Part shown: positions 51,968-64,000 of the stretch, in pieces
Layout of the letters: each line of letters starts with the position of its first letter
Position numbering within the stretch: position 1 is the first letter of the stretch
NCBI RefSeq assembly: GCF_963921235.1
Contig: NC_086097.1
Span: 199,580,001-199,644,000 of the forward strand
Source: Mobula hypostoma
Taxonomy: Eukaryota
DNA: 64,000 nt
Direction of reading: 5' to 3'
The notes under the pieces: model-generated
Told to the model about the DNA's origin: nothing
What the model saw: the letters and a program-made list of their open reading frames with translations, nothing else
Databases searched by the model: none
Position numbers and translations under genes: made by a program

Positions 51968-53330
51968 GTAACCCTCTCATCAGGCTCGCATACAACTTGG
52001 GTTATTAGCTACCTCTGCTAAGAACCATGTGATTTAGCAGTGAGAAGGTCTCCATTCATAAACAATATCTGTCTAGGGTCAGTACGATTTGGGATTCAAC
52101 CAAACATTAACACTGTGATGTTCTCGTTAACGAAACCTTGATTTGAGTGCTGTGTAAATACTGCTTATACACGGTCAGTAAGAAATATCAGATCGTACCC
52201 CATAAAATTATAAAGAAAATGTATTTACTATTTTCAGCTTTACCAAACAGTTATTAAAAGAAAGAAAGAAGAAAATAAAAGAGCCTATTTTAAATGAACA
52301 TAAAAAATAGGAGTAGAAGTAGGCCATCTGGCCCATTGAGCCTGCTGTGCCATTCAATAAGACCATGGCTGATCTGGCCATGGACGCATCTCCACCTACC
52401 TGCCTTTTCCCATAACCCTTAATTCCCCTGCTATGCAAATATCTATTCAACCTTGTCTTAAATAGTCTTAAATATATTTACTGAGGTAGCCTCCACTGCT
52501 TCACTAAGCAGAGAATTCCTCAGATTCACCATTCTTTGGGAAAAGCAGTTCCTCCTCATCTCTGTCCTAAATCTACTCCCCCGAATCTTGAAGCTATGCC
52601 CCCTGGTTATAGTCTTACCTACCAATGGAAACGACTTTCTTGCCTCTATTTTATATATCCATTTTATAATTTTATATGTTTCTATAAGAATGCTCATTCT
52701 TCCAAATTCCAGCGAATACAGTCCTAGGCGACTCAGTCTCTCCTCATAGTCTAACCCCCTCATCTCTGGAATCAAACTGGTGAACCTCCTCTGCACCGCC
52801 TCCGAAGCCAGTACATCCTTCCTCAAGTAAGGAGAAGAGAACTGCACGCAATACAGAAAGTATAACAAACGTCTACAGTTGTAGCAGTACCAAATCATAA
52901 TAATAGGCCCGTCACTGCATTGTCAGAGAGGAGTCACAAATCTGAGAATCTTTCCTGCAGCCTGTTCTCTCTCCCTCTCTTTCTAACCTGACGTACTGTA
53001 ACTCTTTCGACGTACTTGTCCCTATCTTCTCCAACTCTTAGCTCTAGCACTGGTTGTGACCTAGCCAAGACAAAGCTCTCCATATTCACTAAAACAAAGA
53101 AAGTGCCCCTTTTTGTACCCTTTAAGACTCCTTCAAAACACTTTAGTACTATTTCATCCCTTGGTGGTACCAGCTGCACCCCTTTATCACTTCCAACCTT
53201 CAGCCTAGACACATTATTTAGGAAAAGGAGACAACAGTTCTCCAAGGTGGAAAACGTAGTTCACCAGCATCTCATCTTAATGATAGAGACAAAACATTCA
53301 TAAATAAGTGGGAAAACAGGCCATTACCAC
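51968..53330. mobile_element. Possible solo LTR split by CR1
   Basis: Starts TGTAAC and ends ACCACA; no convincing TSD. Confidence 0.3.
52296..52855 (-). mobile_element. CR1 3' end
   Basis: YCVQFSSPYLRKD and QRRFTSLIPEMRGL; same subfamily as 13591. Confidence 0.9.
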
Positions 53331-53700
53331 ATTCCAACCGGCCACCATTTTGTCTCTGAATTTCCATTTTATTTTGACATGTCCCAAAGAGGAATCATAA
53401 TTAACTCTTTCCTTACACATACTCAACAGCCCTGCCAATAAAGGTAAGCATTCCATATACAATTTTTACCATCTTATCCATATTCATAGACACTTCCAGT
53501 GAGGTACAGACATGAACCCCAAAATCTCTCTTTGCCTTAATACTATTAAGGGGCTTTCCATTAACTGTATTTACTTTCTCCTTTCATTTGACCTCCCAAA
53601 GTACAACCTCTTATACTAGCCCATATTAACTGACACTTTCCTGCCTATATCTGTAACTGATAGAGATTTAGCGATAAATCTTGCTCAGTTCTTTGATAGT

Positions 53701-56283
53701 CATAGAAACCATAGAAACCATAGAAACAACAGCACAGAAACAGGCCTTTTGGCCCTTCTTGGCTGTGCCGAAACCATTTTCTGCCTAGTCCCGCTGACCT
53801 GCACACGGACCATATCCCTCCATACACCTCCCATCCATGTATCTGTCCAATTTATTCTTAAATGTTAAAAAAGAACCCGCATTTACCACCTTGTCTGGCA
53901 GCTCATTCCATACTCCCACCACTCTCTGTGTGAAGAAGCCCCCCCTAATGTTCCCTTTGAACTTTCCCCCCTCACCCTAAACCCATGTCCTCTGGGTTTT
54001 TTTCTCCCTTTGCCTCAGTGGAAAAAGCCTGCTTGCATTCACTCTATCTATACCCATCATAATTTTATATACCTCTATCAAATCTCCCCTCATTCTTCTA
54101 CGCTCCAGGGAATAAAGTCCCAACCTATTCAACCTTTCTCTGTAACTGAGTTTCTCAAGTCCCGGCAACATCCTTGTAAACCTTCTCTGCACTCTTTCAA
54201 CCTTATTTATAACCTTCCTGTAATTTGGTGACCAAAACTGAACACAATACTCCAGATTCGGCCTCACCAATGCCTTATACAATCTCATCATAACATTCCA
54301 GCTCTTATACTCATTAACTTGATTAATAAAGGCCAATGTACCAAAAGCTCTCTTTACGACCCTATCTACCTGTGACACCACTTTTAGGGAATTTTGTATC
54401 TGTATTCCCAGATTCCTCTGTTCCACTGCACTCCTCAGTGCCTTACCATTAACCCTGTATGTTCTACCTTGGTTTGTCCTTCCAACGTGCAATACCTCAC
54501 ACTTGTCAGTATTAAACTCCATCTGCCATTTTTTAGCCCATTTTTCCAGCTGGTCCAAGTCCTTCTGCCGGCTCTGAAAACCTTCCTCACTGTCTACTAC
54601 ACCTACAATCTTTGTATCATCAGCAAACTTGCTGATCCAATTTACCACATTATCATCCAGATCATTGATATAGATGACAAATAACAATGGACCCATCACT
54701 GATCCCTGTGGCACACCAGTAGTCACAGGCCTCCACTCAGAGAAGCAATTCTCTACCACCACTCTCTGGCTTCTTCCATCGAGCCAATGTCTAATCCTTA
54801 TTTACCACCTCTCCATGTATACCTAGCGACTGAATTTTCCTAACTAACCTCCCATGCGGGACCTTGTCAAAGGCCTTACTGAAGTCCATGTAGACAATAC
54901 CCACCACCTTCCCTTCATCCACTTTCCTGGTAACCTCCTCGAAAAACTGCAATAGATTGGTCAAACATGACCTACCACGCACAAAGCCATGTTGACTCTC
55001 CCTAATAAGTCCCAGTCTATCCAAATGCTTGTAGATTCTGTCTCTTAGTACTCTCTCCAATAACTTACCTACTACTGACGTTAAACTTACTAGCCTATAA
55101 TTTCCCAGATTACTTTTCGATCCTTTTTTAAACAACGGAACAACATGAGCCACTCTCCAATCCTCCGGCACTTCACCCGTAGACAGCGACATTTAAAATA
55201 TTTCTGCCAGGGCCCCTGCAATTTCAACACTAGTCTCCTTCAAGGTCCGAGGGAACACCCTGTCAGGTCCCGGGGATTTATCCACTTTAATTTTCCTCAA
55301 GACAGCAAGGACCTCCTCCTTTTCGATCTGTACAGTTTCCATGATCTCACTACTTGTTTCCCTTAATTCCATAGACTTCATGCCAGTTTCCTTAGTAAAC
55401 ACAGACGCAAAAAACCTATTTAAGATCTCCCCCATTTCCTTTGGTTCCGCACATAGCCGACCACTCTGATCTTCAAGAGGACCAATTTTAGCCCTTACAA
55501 TCCTTTTGCTCTTAATATACCTGTAAAAGCTCTTTGGATTATCCTTCACTTTGACTGCCAAGGCAACCTCATGTCTTATTTTAGCCTTCCTGATTTCTTT
55601 CTTAAGTATTTTCTTGCACTTCTTATACTCCTCAAGCACCTTATTTACTCCCTGCTTCCTATACACGTCATACAACTCCCTCTTCTCCTTTATCAGAGTT
55701 GCAATATCCCTTGAGAACCAAGGTTCTTTATTCCTCTTCACCTTGCCTTTAATCCTGACAGGAACATACAAATTCTGCATTCTCAAAATTTCTGCTTTGA
55801 AGGCTTCCCACCTACCAATCACATCCATGCCAGAGAACAACCTGTCCCAATCCACGCTTTTTAGATCCTTTCTCATTTCGTCAAATTTGGCCTTCTTCCA
55901 GTTAAGAACCTCAACCCTAGGACCAGATCTATCCTTGTCCATGATCAAGTTGAAACTAATGGTGTTATGATCACTGGAACCAAAGTGCTTCCCTACACAG
56001 GCTTCCGTCACTTGCCCTAACTCGTTTCCTAACAGGAGATCCAATATTGCATCCCCTCTAGTTGGTCCCTCTATATATTGATTTAGAAAACTTTCCTGAA
56101 CACATTTTACAAACTCTAAACCATCTAGACCCCTAACAGTATGGGAGACCCAATCAATATATGGAAAATTAAAATCCCCTACCACCACAACTTTATGTTT
56201 CCTGCAGTTGCCTGCTATCTCTCTGCAGATTTGCTCTTCCAAGTCTCGTTGACTATTGGGTGGTCTGTAATACAATCCCACTA
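53701..56283 (-). mobile_element. Young CR1 LINE, most of ORF2, few disruptions
   Basis: ORFs 55193-56308, 54791-55192 and 53977-54762 cover endonuclease (GDFN, SDHN) and RT (FADD); (TTTCTATGG)n tail; TTGAYAGTC on both flanks. Confidence 0.96.
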
Positions 56284-57657
56284 TTGACAGTCCCAACTGA
56301 CAGTCCACTCACCCATACTTACCTCCCTACAAGGTTGGGCTCTACAAGTTCCTGATACTCATATTGTTAATTTCCCAGTCTTGATTGGTTGAAGAATGTT
56401 GTTTTTATTTGAACTGTCCAATAAAGAGGAAGCTCCAAATCTGTGAAATACAGTGCCCAGAACATAGCCTGCATTTGCAGTTCAGAAGTTGCTACTGAGA
56501 ATTGATTTTTGAGTGAACAAATCAAGGATAAACTTTTTTTTTCACTAAATATAAGGAAGATTGAGTATGTTTAAAAACATTGTTGGCAAGGCAATTAACC
56601 AACTTTGCACTGATGGTCTGGAACTGTGCTTGGTGATCAGAATGTGATCTAGGCTCACCACCGATTCTGGAAGCGCAGCAAGTTATGTGGGTGTCCTTAC
56701 AAAGTGATCCAGTGCTTCAACCCCAGTGGAATCATCAGGGCCGCATGCTTTTCAGGAACCCTAACCTCCATTTAATAAGGAAGTCTCCATTTGAGTCTGA
56801 GAGGGTATTCGCAACCATCATCAAATCCAGGGAACAAAACTAGGGAAATCTGTTGATGAGAAGATTAATTTTTAACTTCAGCCTGCTAATTTTCCACTAA
56901 TAACATTCCTTTAATTTCCCAATCAGCATACCTAGTTCTCTTTCTGAACCTCATTGTTTCTCACTAACTTTTTAAATTTCTATCCAATTTTGTATAAATT
57001 GGAACCAAACAATATAATGATAGTAAACAAATTTGTGCATTTGCTCCATCATTCCGTGAAGAAAATCAGGCAAATTCTAAACAGAATTTAACCCGCAAGA
57101 GCCAGTGGCTCTGTGATTTTAGCAGTTCAGATTTATCAGTAAAAGAAACGGAAATACGATACCTATGGAAACCAGAAGCAATGTGACTGTTGGAAATCAC
57201 CTATTACTCTGCAAATGTCCAAAGGTTCTTAATTAAAATCCACAGAATTTGAAACAAAGGATGGTAGAAGAAAGAGATAACCAATCTAATATGTCTATTT
57301 GATCATACATGACTTGGGTCCCAATTAAGTGTTAATGACATTCTGAACAAAAGACTTACAGTTTATATAATTGAAAATGTTGTTGACTTAAACTTAACAA
57401 TTGGAATGAAGTTTTGAGATCCAGAATGACAGATTTCACAGAGATGATGAACAGACAAATGTATCCCATCACAGATTCTACCATGTTCACTAACCTTTAA
57501 TCTCATTCTTATTTTTGGTCCCTTTCTAAGTCTCAAGAACAGACCCACTCATCTAATTCCATGCATGTCTCAATGTTCCAGGTGCTACTGCTTCAGGAGG
57601 AATTTAGTCTGCCTCTTTATCTCAGACATTTCATTTGTTAAGCTTTAATCTAATGCC

Positions 57658-58335
57658 TGCAACACCAAAGCTGCAGTCTACAGGGCCTGCGTCCTCAGCA
57701 CACTGCTTTACGGCAGTGAGACCGGGAGCCTCTACTACAGACAAGAGCAGCATCTCATCGCCTTCCACCTTCGCAGCCTGAGACACATCCGGAACATCAC
57801 ATGGACTGACCGAGTCACCAACAATGAGGTCCTGGCCCGCGCCCAGATACCCAGCCTCTTCACCCTGCTCCAACAACGCCGTCTCCGCTGGCTGGGCCAC
57901 ATACACCGCATGTCAGACGGGAGGATCCCGAAAGACCTGCTGTACGGGGAACTGACCTCCAGCAAGAGAGCACAAGGACAGCCTCATCTTCGTTTCAAAG
58001 ACGTTTGCAAGAGAGACATGAAGTCACTGAAAATGAATGTCGAGAGGTGAGAGAACATCGCAAGTGATCGCTCTCACTGGAGGCTGGAACTACGCAGAGG
58101 TCTAAAAAGAGGAGAAGAGAAGCTGAGGCTTGCTACTGAAGAAAAGCACACTCATCGGAAAAACAGCACCAAGACAACACTGGAGGACAGTGCCTTCAAG
58201 TGCAGTCGCTGCAGCCGAGACTGTCACTCCCGTGTGGGAATCTACAGCCACAACAGACGCTGCTCTAACACAGTCTGAAGCAAGACTTTCCAGGTGTAGA
58301 TCCATGGTCTCACGAGAATAATGGATGCCACCACC
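57658..58335 (+). mobile_element. RTE-clade LINE, 5'-truncated
   Basis: VYRACVLSTLLYGSET, RRLRWLGHIHRMSDGRIPKDLLYGEL; (CCA)n tail; AATCTAATGCC duplicated at 57647-57657 and 58336-58346. Confidence 0.93.
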
Positions 58336-58729
58336 AATCTAATGCCACTTTATTCCCGCATTAGTTTACAATTCAGCTCTGTGCCTCATACCTATGCATT
58401 GCTCCCTATCTCACCAACTGCCTATGTCTCTCTCCCAAATCTACGCTCCTTAGGACAACACTCTCCAGCATCTATGTTCTGAATTATTCACAGAATGTCA
58501 AAAAGCTGCACCAGCTGTCACAAGCTTGCTCACTGTCTTGCAAATTGGTGATCCATGGAATATAACATCTCACAACCAGTGCTGTCAGGAGTGCCTGATA
58601 TTGCCTTCTCTCAGTAGAAAAATTCAAGGAGGAAAATATATTGTGGCGGGGGGGGGGGGAATTAATCTTAAAATATATCTTTCCGTAAAATAAGTGAATA
58701 ATTACAGAGCAGCACACACAAAAAGCTAT

Positions 58730-58875
58730 ACTCCTTCACTCCCCCCCCACCCACACTTTTTTGTTCCGGCTTCTTTCCCCTTCCTTTCCATTCTTGATGT
58801 CTTGGTGAAGGACCTTGGATCAAAGCTTCAACTCCATAGTTGCTGCCTGACTCGTTGAGTGCACGTTGCTCTGAA
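58730..58875 (+). mobile_element. Highly decayed Penelope pLTR-like fragment
   Basis: Pyrimidine tract then TTGGTGAAGG..CCATAGTTGCTGCCTGACTCGTTGAGT. Confidence 0.5.
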
Positions 58876-59704
58876 TTTTTTTGTGCTAGTGAATAATTAC
58901 ATCATGCAACTTTTCTTACTACTTTCTCAGAATTGTGTTTGTCTTTAACAATGTTCCCATCAGGACAGTAAATGATCAATGTCAAAATCAGAATCAGAGT
59001 CAGGTTTCACATCATGAAATGTGATGTTTTGTAGCAGCAGGCATCAGTACATTGCAATACATTTTTTTTTAAAGTATTAATTAAATCCTCGATGCTGTGG
59101 AGGTTATTGCTCATGATGAGAGTTGGCTGAGTTTGCAATGGTTGTGAGAATAATTCTAAATGCAAAAGTGAATGCTGAGTATGTAGCTAGGACAAAGGAG
59201 TGAAAGAATATAATGATAATTTGAGATAAAGTAAAACATGAAGAGGGACATATAGTGCATTTTGAGTGGCATGAATTAGGCCGAATAACTTCCAGTAGCT
59301 AGCTCAGAGCAATTGGAGGAGACCCAAAAATTATTTCCTGCCTACACTTCTAGTTACATGAGAAATATCACAGTAATTTAGCCTTTTTTAGTTATTATAG
59401 TAGTATCAGTCATTTTCCTCGTAATAACCTTTACTGAATCAGCTGCTGCCCTTGATAATAGACAATATAGCAGTAAATTTATCTCCCATTTTTCATCAAA
59501 AGTTCATCACAACATACCAAGCCTGTGAAGAGGATTCCACAGTTTATACTATCACACGTTCATGTTGTCACATCTTTAAATTAGAACATATTCATGCATT
59601 CTGGATGGGGACAATGCTCCTGATACTATTACGCCGTTTTAATTTACACTGCAAGAAAGAGCAGATCTATATACTGAAAGAAAGAACAATCATAGGAATT
59701 AATA

Positions 59705-59956
59705 CAGTGCCTATAAAAAGTATTCTCCACACCTCCCCCAAGAAGTTTTCGTGTTTTATTGTTTTACTACATTGCATCAGAGTGGATTTAATTCGGCATT
59801 TTTGGACACGATCTGTGTCAACAGAAATAGGCTCTTTTGTGTCAAAGTAAAAACAGATCTCTACAATGTGATCTAAATTAATTACAAACATAAAGCACAA
59901 AATAATTGATTGCATATTCATTCCCTTAAGTCAGTGAGTCCTTTTTGTAGGCACTA
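59705..59956. mobile_element. Non-autonomous Tc1 derivative
   Basis: TA|CAGTGCCTATAAAAAG..CTTTTTGTAGGCACTA|TA. Confidence 0.75.
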
Positions 59957-60204
59957 TATATAATTGAAACTGGCACAGTTTTATTTTTGTTAACAAATGC
60001 AAGCAGAGATATTATTAAAAATAATTAGACAGAAATGCAGTTTAGGATTTCAATATATCCTGGATATCTTATTAATTGGAGGGCAGTGGCTGTGTGCACG
60101 AGTTAGGAATGGAGTCATCTGAATTGCTGGTGGTGGGAATATGTGCCAACCCAACAGTATGTTTTGCTTGTATTAACCAATTAAATGGATCCTGGTTGAA
60201 TGGA

Positions 60205-63155
60205 TTATATTGGAACAGTAAAGAGAGGGCATATAAGGTAGCAAAAACTAGTGGGAAGTTAGAGGAAGATTTTAAAGCCCAACAGAAGGCAACTAAAAAA
60301 TTCATGAGGAGGAAAACATTGAAAGATGAATACTGTCAAAGAGGACACCAAAGGTTTTTTCGGATATATAAAGAGTAAAAAAGAGGGAAGAGTAAATATC
60401 AGACCATAGAAAAATGACACTGGAGAGGTAGTAATAGGGGAAAAGGAAATTGCAGATGAACTGAATAAGTATTCTGCATCACCCTTCACTGTGGAAGATA
60501 CTAGCAGTATGCTGGATGTTCAAGATTATCAGGGGGCAGAAGTGAGTGCATTTGCTTTTACTAGGGAGAAGGTGTTGGATAACGTAAGCTCTGAAGTTAG
60601 ATAAGTTACCTGAACCAGATGGACTATGCCCCAAAGTTCTGAAAGAGATTACTGAGGGGATTGTGGAGGCATTAGTAATGAACTTTCAAGAATCACTTGT
60701 TTCTGGCATGATTCCAAAGGACTGGAAAATTGCAAATGTCTTTCCTGGTCTACTGGCTTTACACTTATGACTGTGTGGCTAAGCACAGCTCCAATACCGT
60801 ATTCAAGTTTGCTGACAGCACTGTCATACACTGAATCAAAGGTGGTGATGAATCAGCATATAGGAGGGAGATTGAAAATCTGGCTCAGTGGTGCCATAAC
60901 AACAACCTCTTACTCAATGTTAGCAAGACCAAAGAGCTGATTTTTGCCTTTAGGAGCAGGAACTCAGAGGTTCACGAGCCAGTTCTCATCGGAGCATCAA
61001 AGCTGGAGAGGGCCTTCAACTACAAACATATAAATTCCTCAGTATAAATTCCTCAGTGTTATTATTTCAGAGATCCTGTCCTGAGCCCAACACATAAGTG
61101 TAATTATGAAGAAAGCATGGCAACACCTCTACTTTCTTAGGAGTTTGCGAAAATTCAACATGACTTGTAAAACTGTAACAAACTTCTATGAGGTGCAAAA
61201 TATATTGACTGGTGCATCACAGGCTGAGAAGGAAACACCAATGCCTTTGAATGGAAAATCCTACAAAAAGTAATGCATGGGGCCCACTCCATCATGGGTA
61301 AAGCCCTCCACACCATTGAGCACATCAACACGATGTGTTCTCGCAGGAAAGCAGCATCCATCTTCAGGGACCCCCACCATCCAGAACATGCTCTCATCTT
61401 GCTGCTGTCATTAGGAAGAAGGTACAGAAGCCTCAGGACCACATCACCAGGTTCAGGAACAACAATTACTCTCAACCATCAGGCTCCTGAACCAAAGGGT
61501 ATAATAGCACTCAACTTAACATGCTCCATTATTGAAAAGTTCCCATAACCTATGGATTCATGTTATTGATATTTCTTGCATATTTATTATTATTTATTAT
61601 TATTTCTTCTTTATGTATTTGCTCAGTTTGTTGACTTTTGCACACTGGCTAAATGCTCAAGTTGGTGTGGTCATTCAATCATTCTCCTCTATTTATTATT
61701 CTATGGATTTATTGAGTATGCCCGCAAGAAAATGAATCTCAGGAGTGTATCTGGTGGCATGTGTACTTTGATAATAAATTTACTTTCAATTTTCACCTTT
61801 GAATGGAGGTAGACAAAAGAAAGTGAATTATAGGCTAGTTAGCCTGATCTCACTGGTCAGAGGAGATTGGAGTCAATTGTTAAGGATGTGGTTTCAGGGT
61901 ATATGGAATCACATGGCAAAATAGTCCGATCTAAGCATGGTTTCCTTAAGAGAAAATCTTGCTTGACAAATCTGTTGAAATTCTTTGAAGCAGGATAGAC
62001 TGAGTAGAATTGGTGGATGTTGTGTACTTGAATTTTCAGACGTCCTTTGACAAGGTGCCACACATGAAGCTGCTTAACAACAAAAATTTTACGAGCATAG
62101 ATACAGAATGAGCTGATTGGCAGCAGGAATAAATGAAGCCTTTTCTGATTGACTGTTGGTGTTCCACAGGGGTCAATATTACAACATCTTTTTACATCGT
62201 ACGTGAATGATTTGGAAGATGGAATTGATGGTTTTGTGGCCAAGTTTGCAGATGATATTAAGATAGGTAGAGGGGCTAGTAATTTTGAGGCAACAGGGTA
62301 GCTGCAGAAGGACTTAGACAGATTAGGAGAGTGGACAAAGAAATGGAAGCTGGAATACAGTGTTGAGAACTGCATGGTCATGCACTTCGGAAGAAGGAAC
62401 AAAAGCATAGATTATTTTCTAAATGGAGGTGAAATTCAAAAATCCAAGGTGCAAAACGACTTGGGAATTCTTGTGCAGGATTCCTTAAAGGTTAACTTGC
62501 AGGTTGCGTCAGTGGTGAGGAAGGAAAATGCAATGTTAGCATTCATCTCGAAAGGACTAGAATATAAAAACAAGAATGTAATACTGAAGCTTTATAAGGC
62601 ATTTGTGAGGCCTCACTTGGATTATTGTGAGCATTTCTGTGCCCTTTATCAAAGAAAGGTTGTGCTGATATTGGAGAGAGTTCAAAGGAGATTCACCGAA
62701 ATGATTCCCAGAATAAAAAGCTTATCATATGAGGAGAGTTTGATGGCTCTGGGCCTGTACGCACTGGAATGAGGGACGATCTCATTGAAACCTATTGAAT
62801 ATTGAAAGGCCTAGAAATAGTGGCTGTGGAGAAGATGTTTCCAATAGTGGGAGAGTCTAGGACTAGAGAGCACAACCTCAGAATAGAGGGATGTCCATTT
62901 AGACATGAGATGTAGAGCAATTTCTTTAGCCAGGAGGTGGTGAACCTTGGGAATTCATTGCCATATGCAGCTGCGGAGGCCAGGTCACTGTGTATATTTA
63001 AGGCAGAGGTTGACAGATTCTTAATAAGTCAGAGCATGAAAGGTTATGGGGAGAAGGCAGAAGAATGGTGTTGACGGGGAAATGGATTTGCTGGAGCAGA
63101 CTCAATGAGCTGAATGGCAGAATTCTGCTCCTATGTCTAATGGTCTTATGGTCTG
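60205..63155 (+). mobile_element. Decayed CR1 LINE interrupted by Rex1
   Basis: CR1 motifs at 60205-60740 continue at 61800 (VRPHLDYC, LERVQRRF); TCTTATGG tail. Confidence 0.88.
60745..61797 (+). mobile_element. Rex1-type LINE 3' half
   Basis: AAGTTTGCTGAC and RKAASIFRDPHHPEH..LGRRYRSL. Confidence 0.88.
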
Positions 63156-63860
63156 AATATGTGGTTACACTAATTAACTGATGGCCCAACCAACCGGAAA
63201 CCACTTTACATGCAACTGAAAACCATGAATGTGATCTTTCTGGTCTGTGGAATCAGATAGTGAGTGTTGAAAGATAAACAGAAGTGTACACTGTGTTGTC
63301 CTATGACTGGAAGCTTTCAGAAGCTGCCCTACAGGTGACCTCTGCCCATTTTTGATCCTATGAAGTAGAACGTAATCACTATATTAATCTCTCCAATTTT
63401 AAATACAGTCCAAAATGACAACACTATTGAAGTGCAAATTCCAATACAGTTAAGTTTCAAATCATTAGCATAGAGAGTTTTAATCCATGATTAACACACA
63501 ATAGCACATTATTGAAACCACTAACATAATTACAGCACAATGATTTGAGTGAAATCTTTCTGAAGGAATTAAATCAAACAAAATACTTCAGAATATAATG
63601 TCCTTACGCCTGTACATCCAAACTACCACAATAAAAGGGATTTAAAGCTTTCTAAACTTTCAATGCACTTACGCAAGAAATTTAATATTGAAGAGGCAAA
63701 GGTAAAAACTTAAAATAATAAGCTAAATGAATAAAAATAAATGTAACTCTCACTTCCTTGCCAAATTAATTAGATAATTAAATCAACTGTGTACTCCATT
63801 ATGGCTATTAATATTTTACTGACCAGATATTTGGGGAAAAACACAATATGATGTTATAGG

Positions 63861-64000
63861 CAAACAACAGGAATTCTGCAGATGCTGGAAATTCAAGCAA
63901 CACACATCAAAGTTGCTGGTGAACGCAGCAGGCCAGGCAGCATCTATAGGAAGAGGCGCAGTCGACGTTTCAGGCCGAGACTCTTCGTCAGGACTAACTG
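63861..64000 (-). mobile_element. Penelope-derived short element with hammerhead motif (63960-63995), runs off window
   Basis: Near-identical to 7143-7278. Confidence 0.85.

Overview
Eukaryotic, repeat-saturated non-coding DNA (intronic or intergenic). The repeat repertoire (CR1 LINEs with TTCTATG/TCTTATG tails, V-domain SINEs, Rex1/Babar, Penelope-derived short elements) suggests a cartilaginous fish, probably a ray; this is an inference. No intact host gene is evident. Nearly all long ORFs are CR1, Rex1, RTE, Gypsy or Tc1 remnants, often nested three deep. Best observation: a Gypsy LTR element (31533-34696, ATCAA TSD, tRNA-Leu-type PBS) whose RT/RNaseH/integrase core is replaced by an intron-less fragment resembling the C-terminal coding region of host SH3KBP1/CIN85, later split by a CR1 insertion. 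Also notable: a multi-copy Penelope-derived short element carrying a minimal hammerhead ribozyme, a rearranged Tc1 element very close to Sleeping Beauty, and a near-perfect 86-bp inverted repeat inside old SINE sequence. Family and gene assignments come from recognising motifs by eye, not from database searches; boundaries of decayed repeats are approximate.
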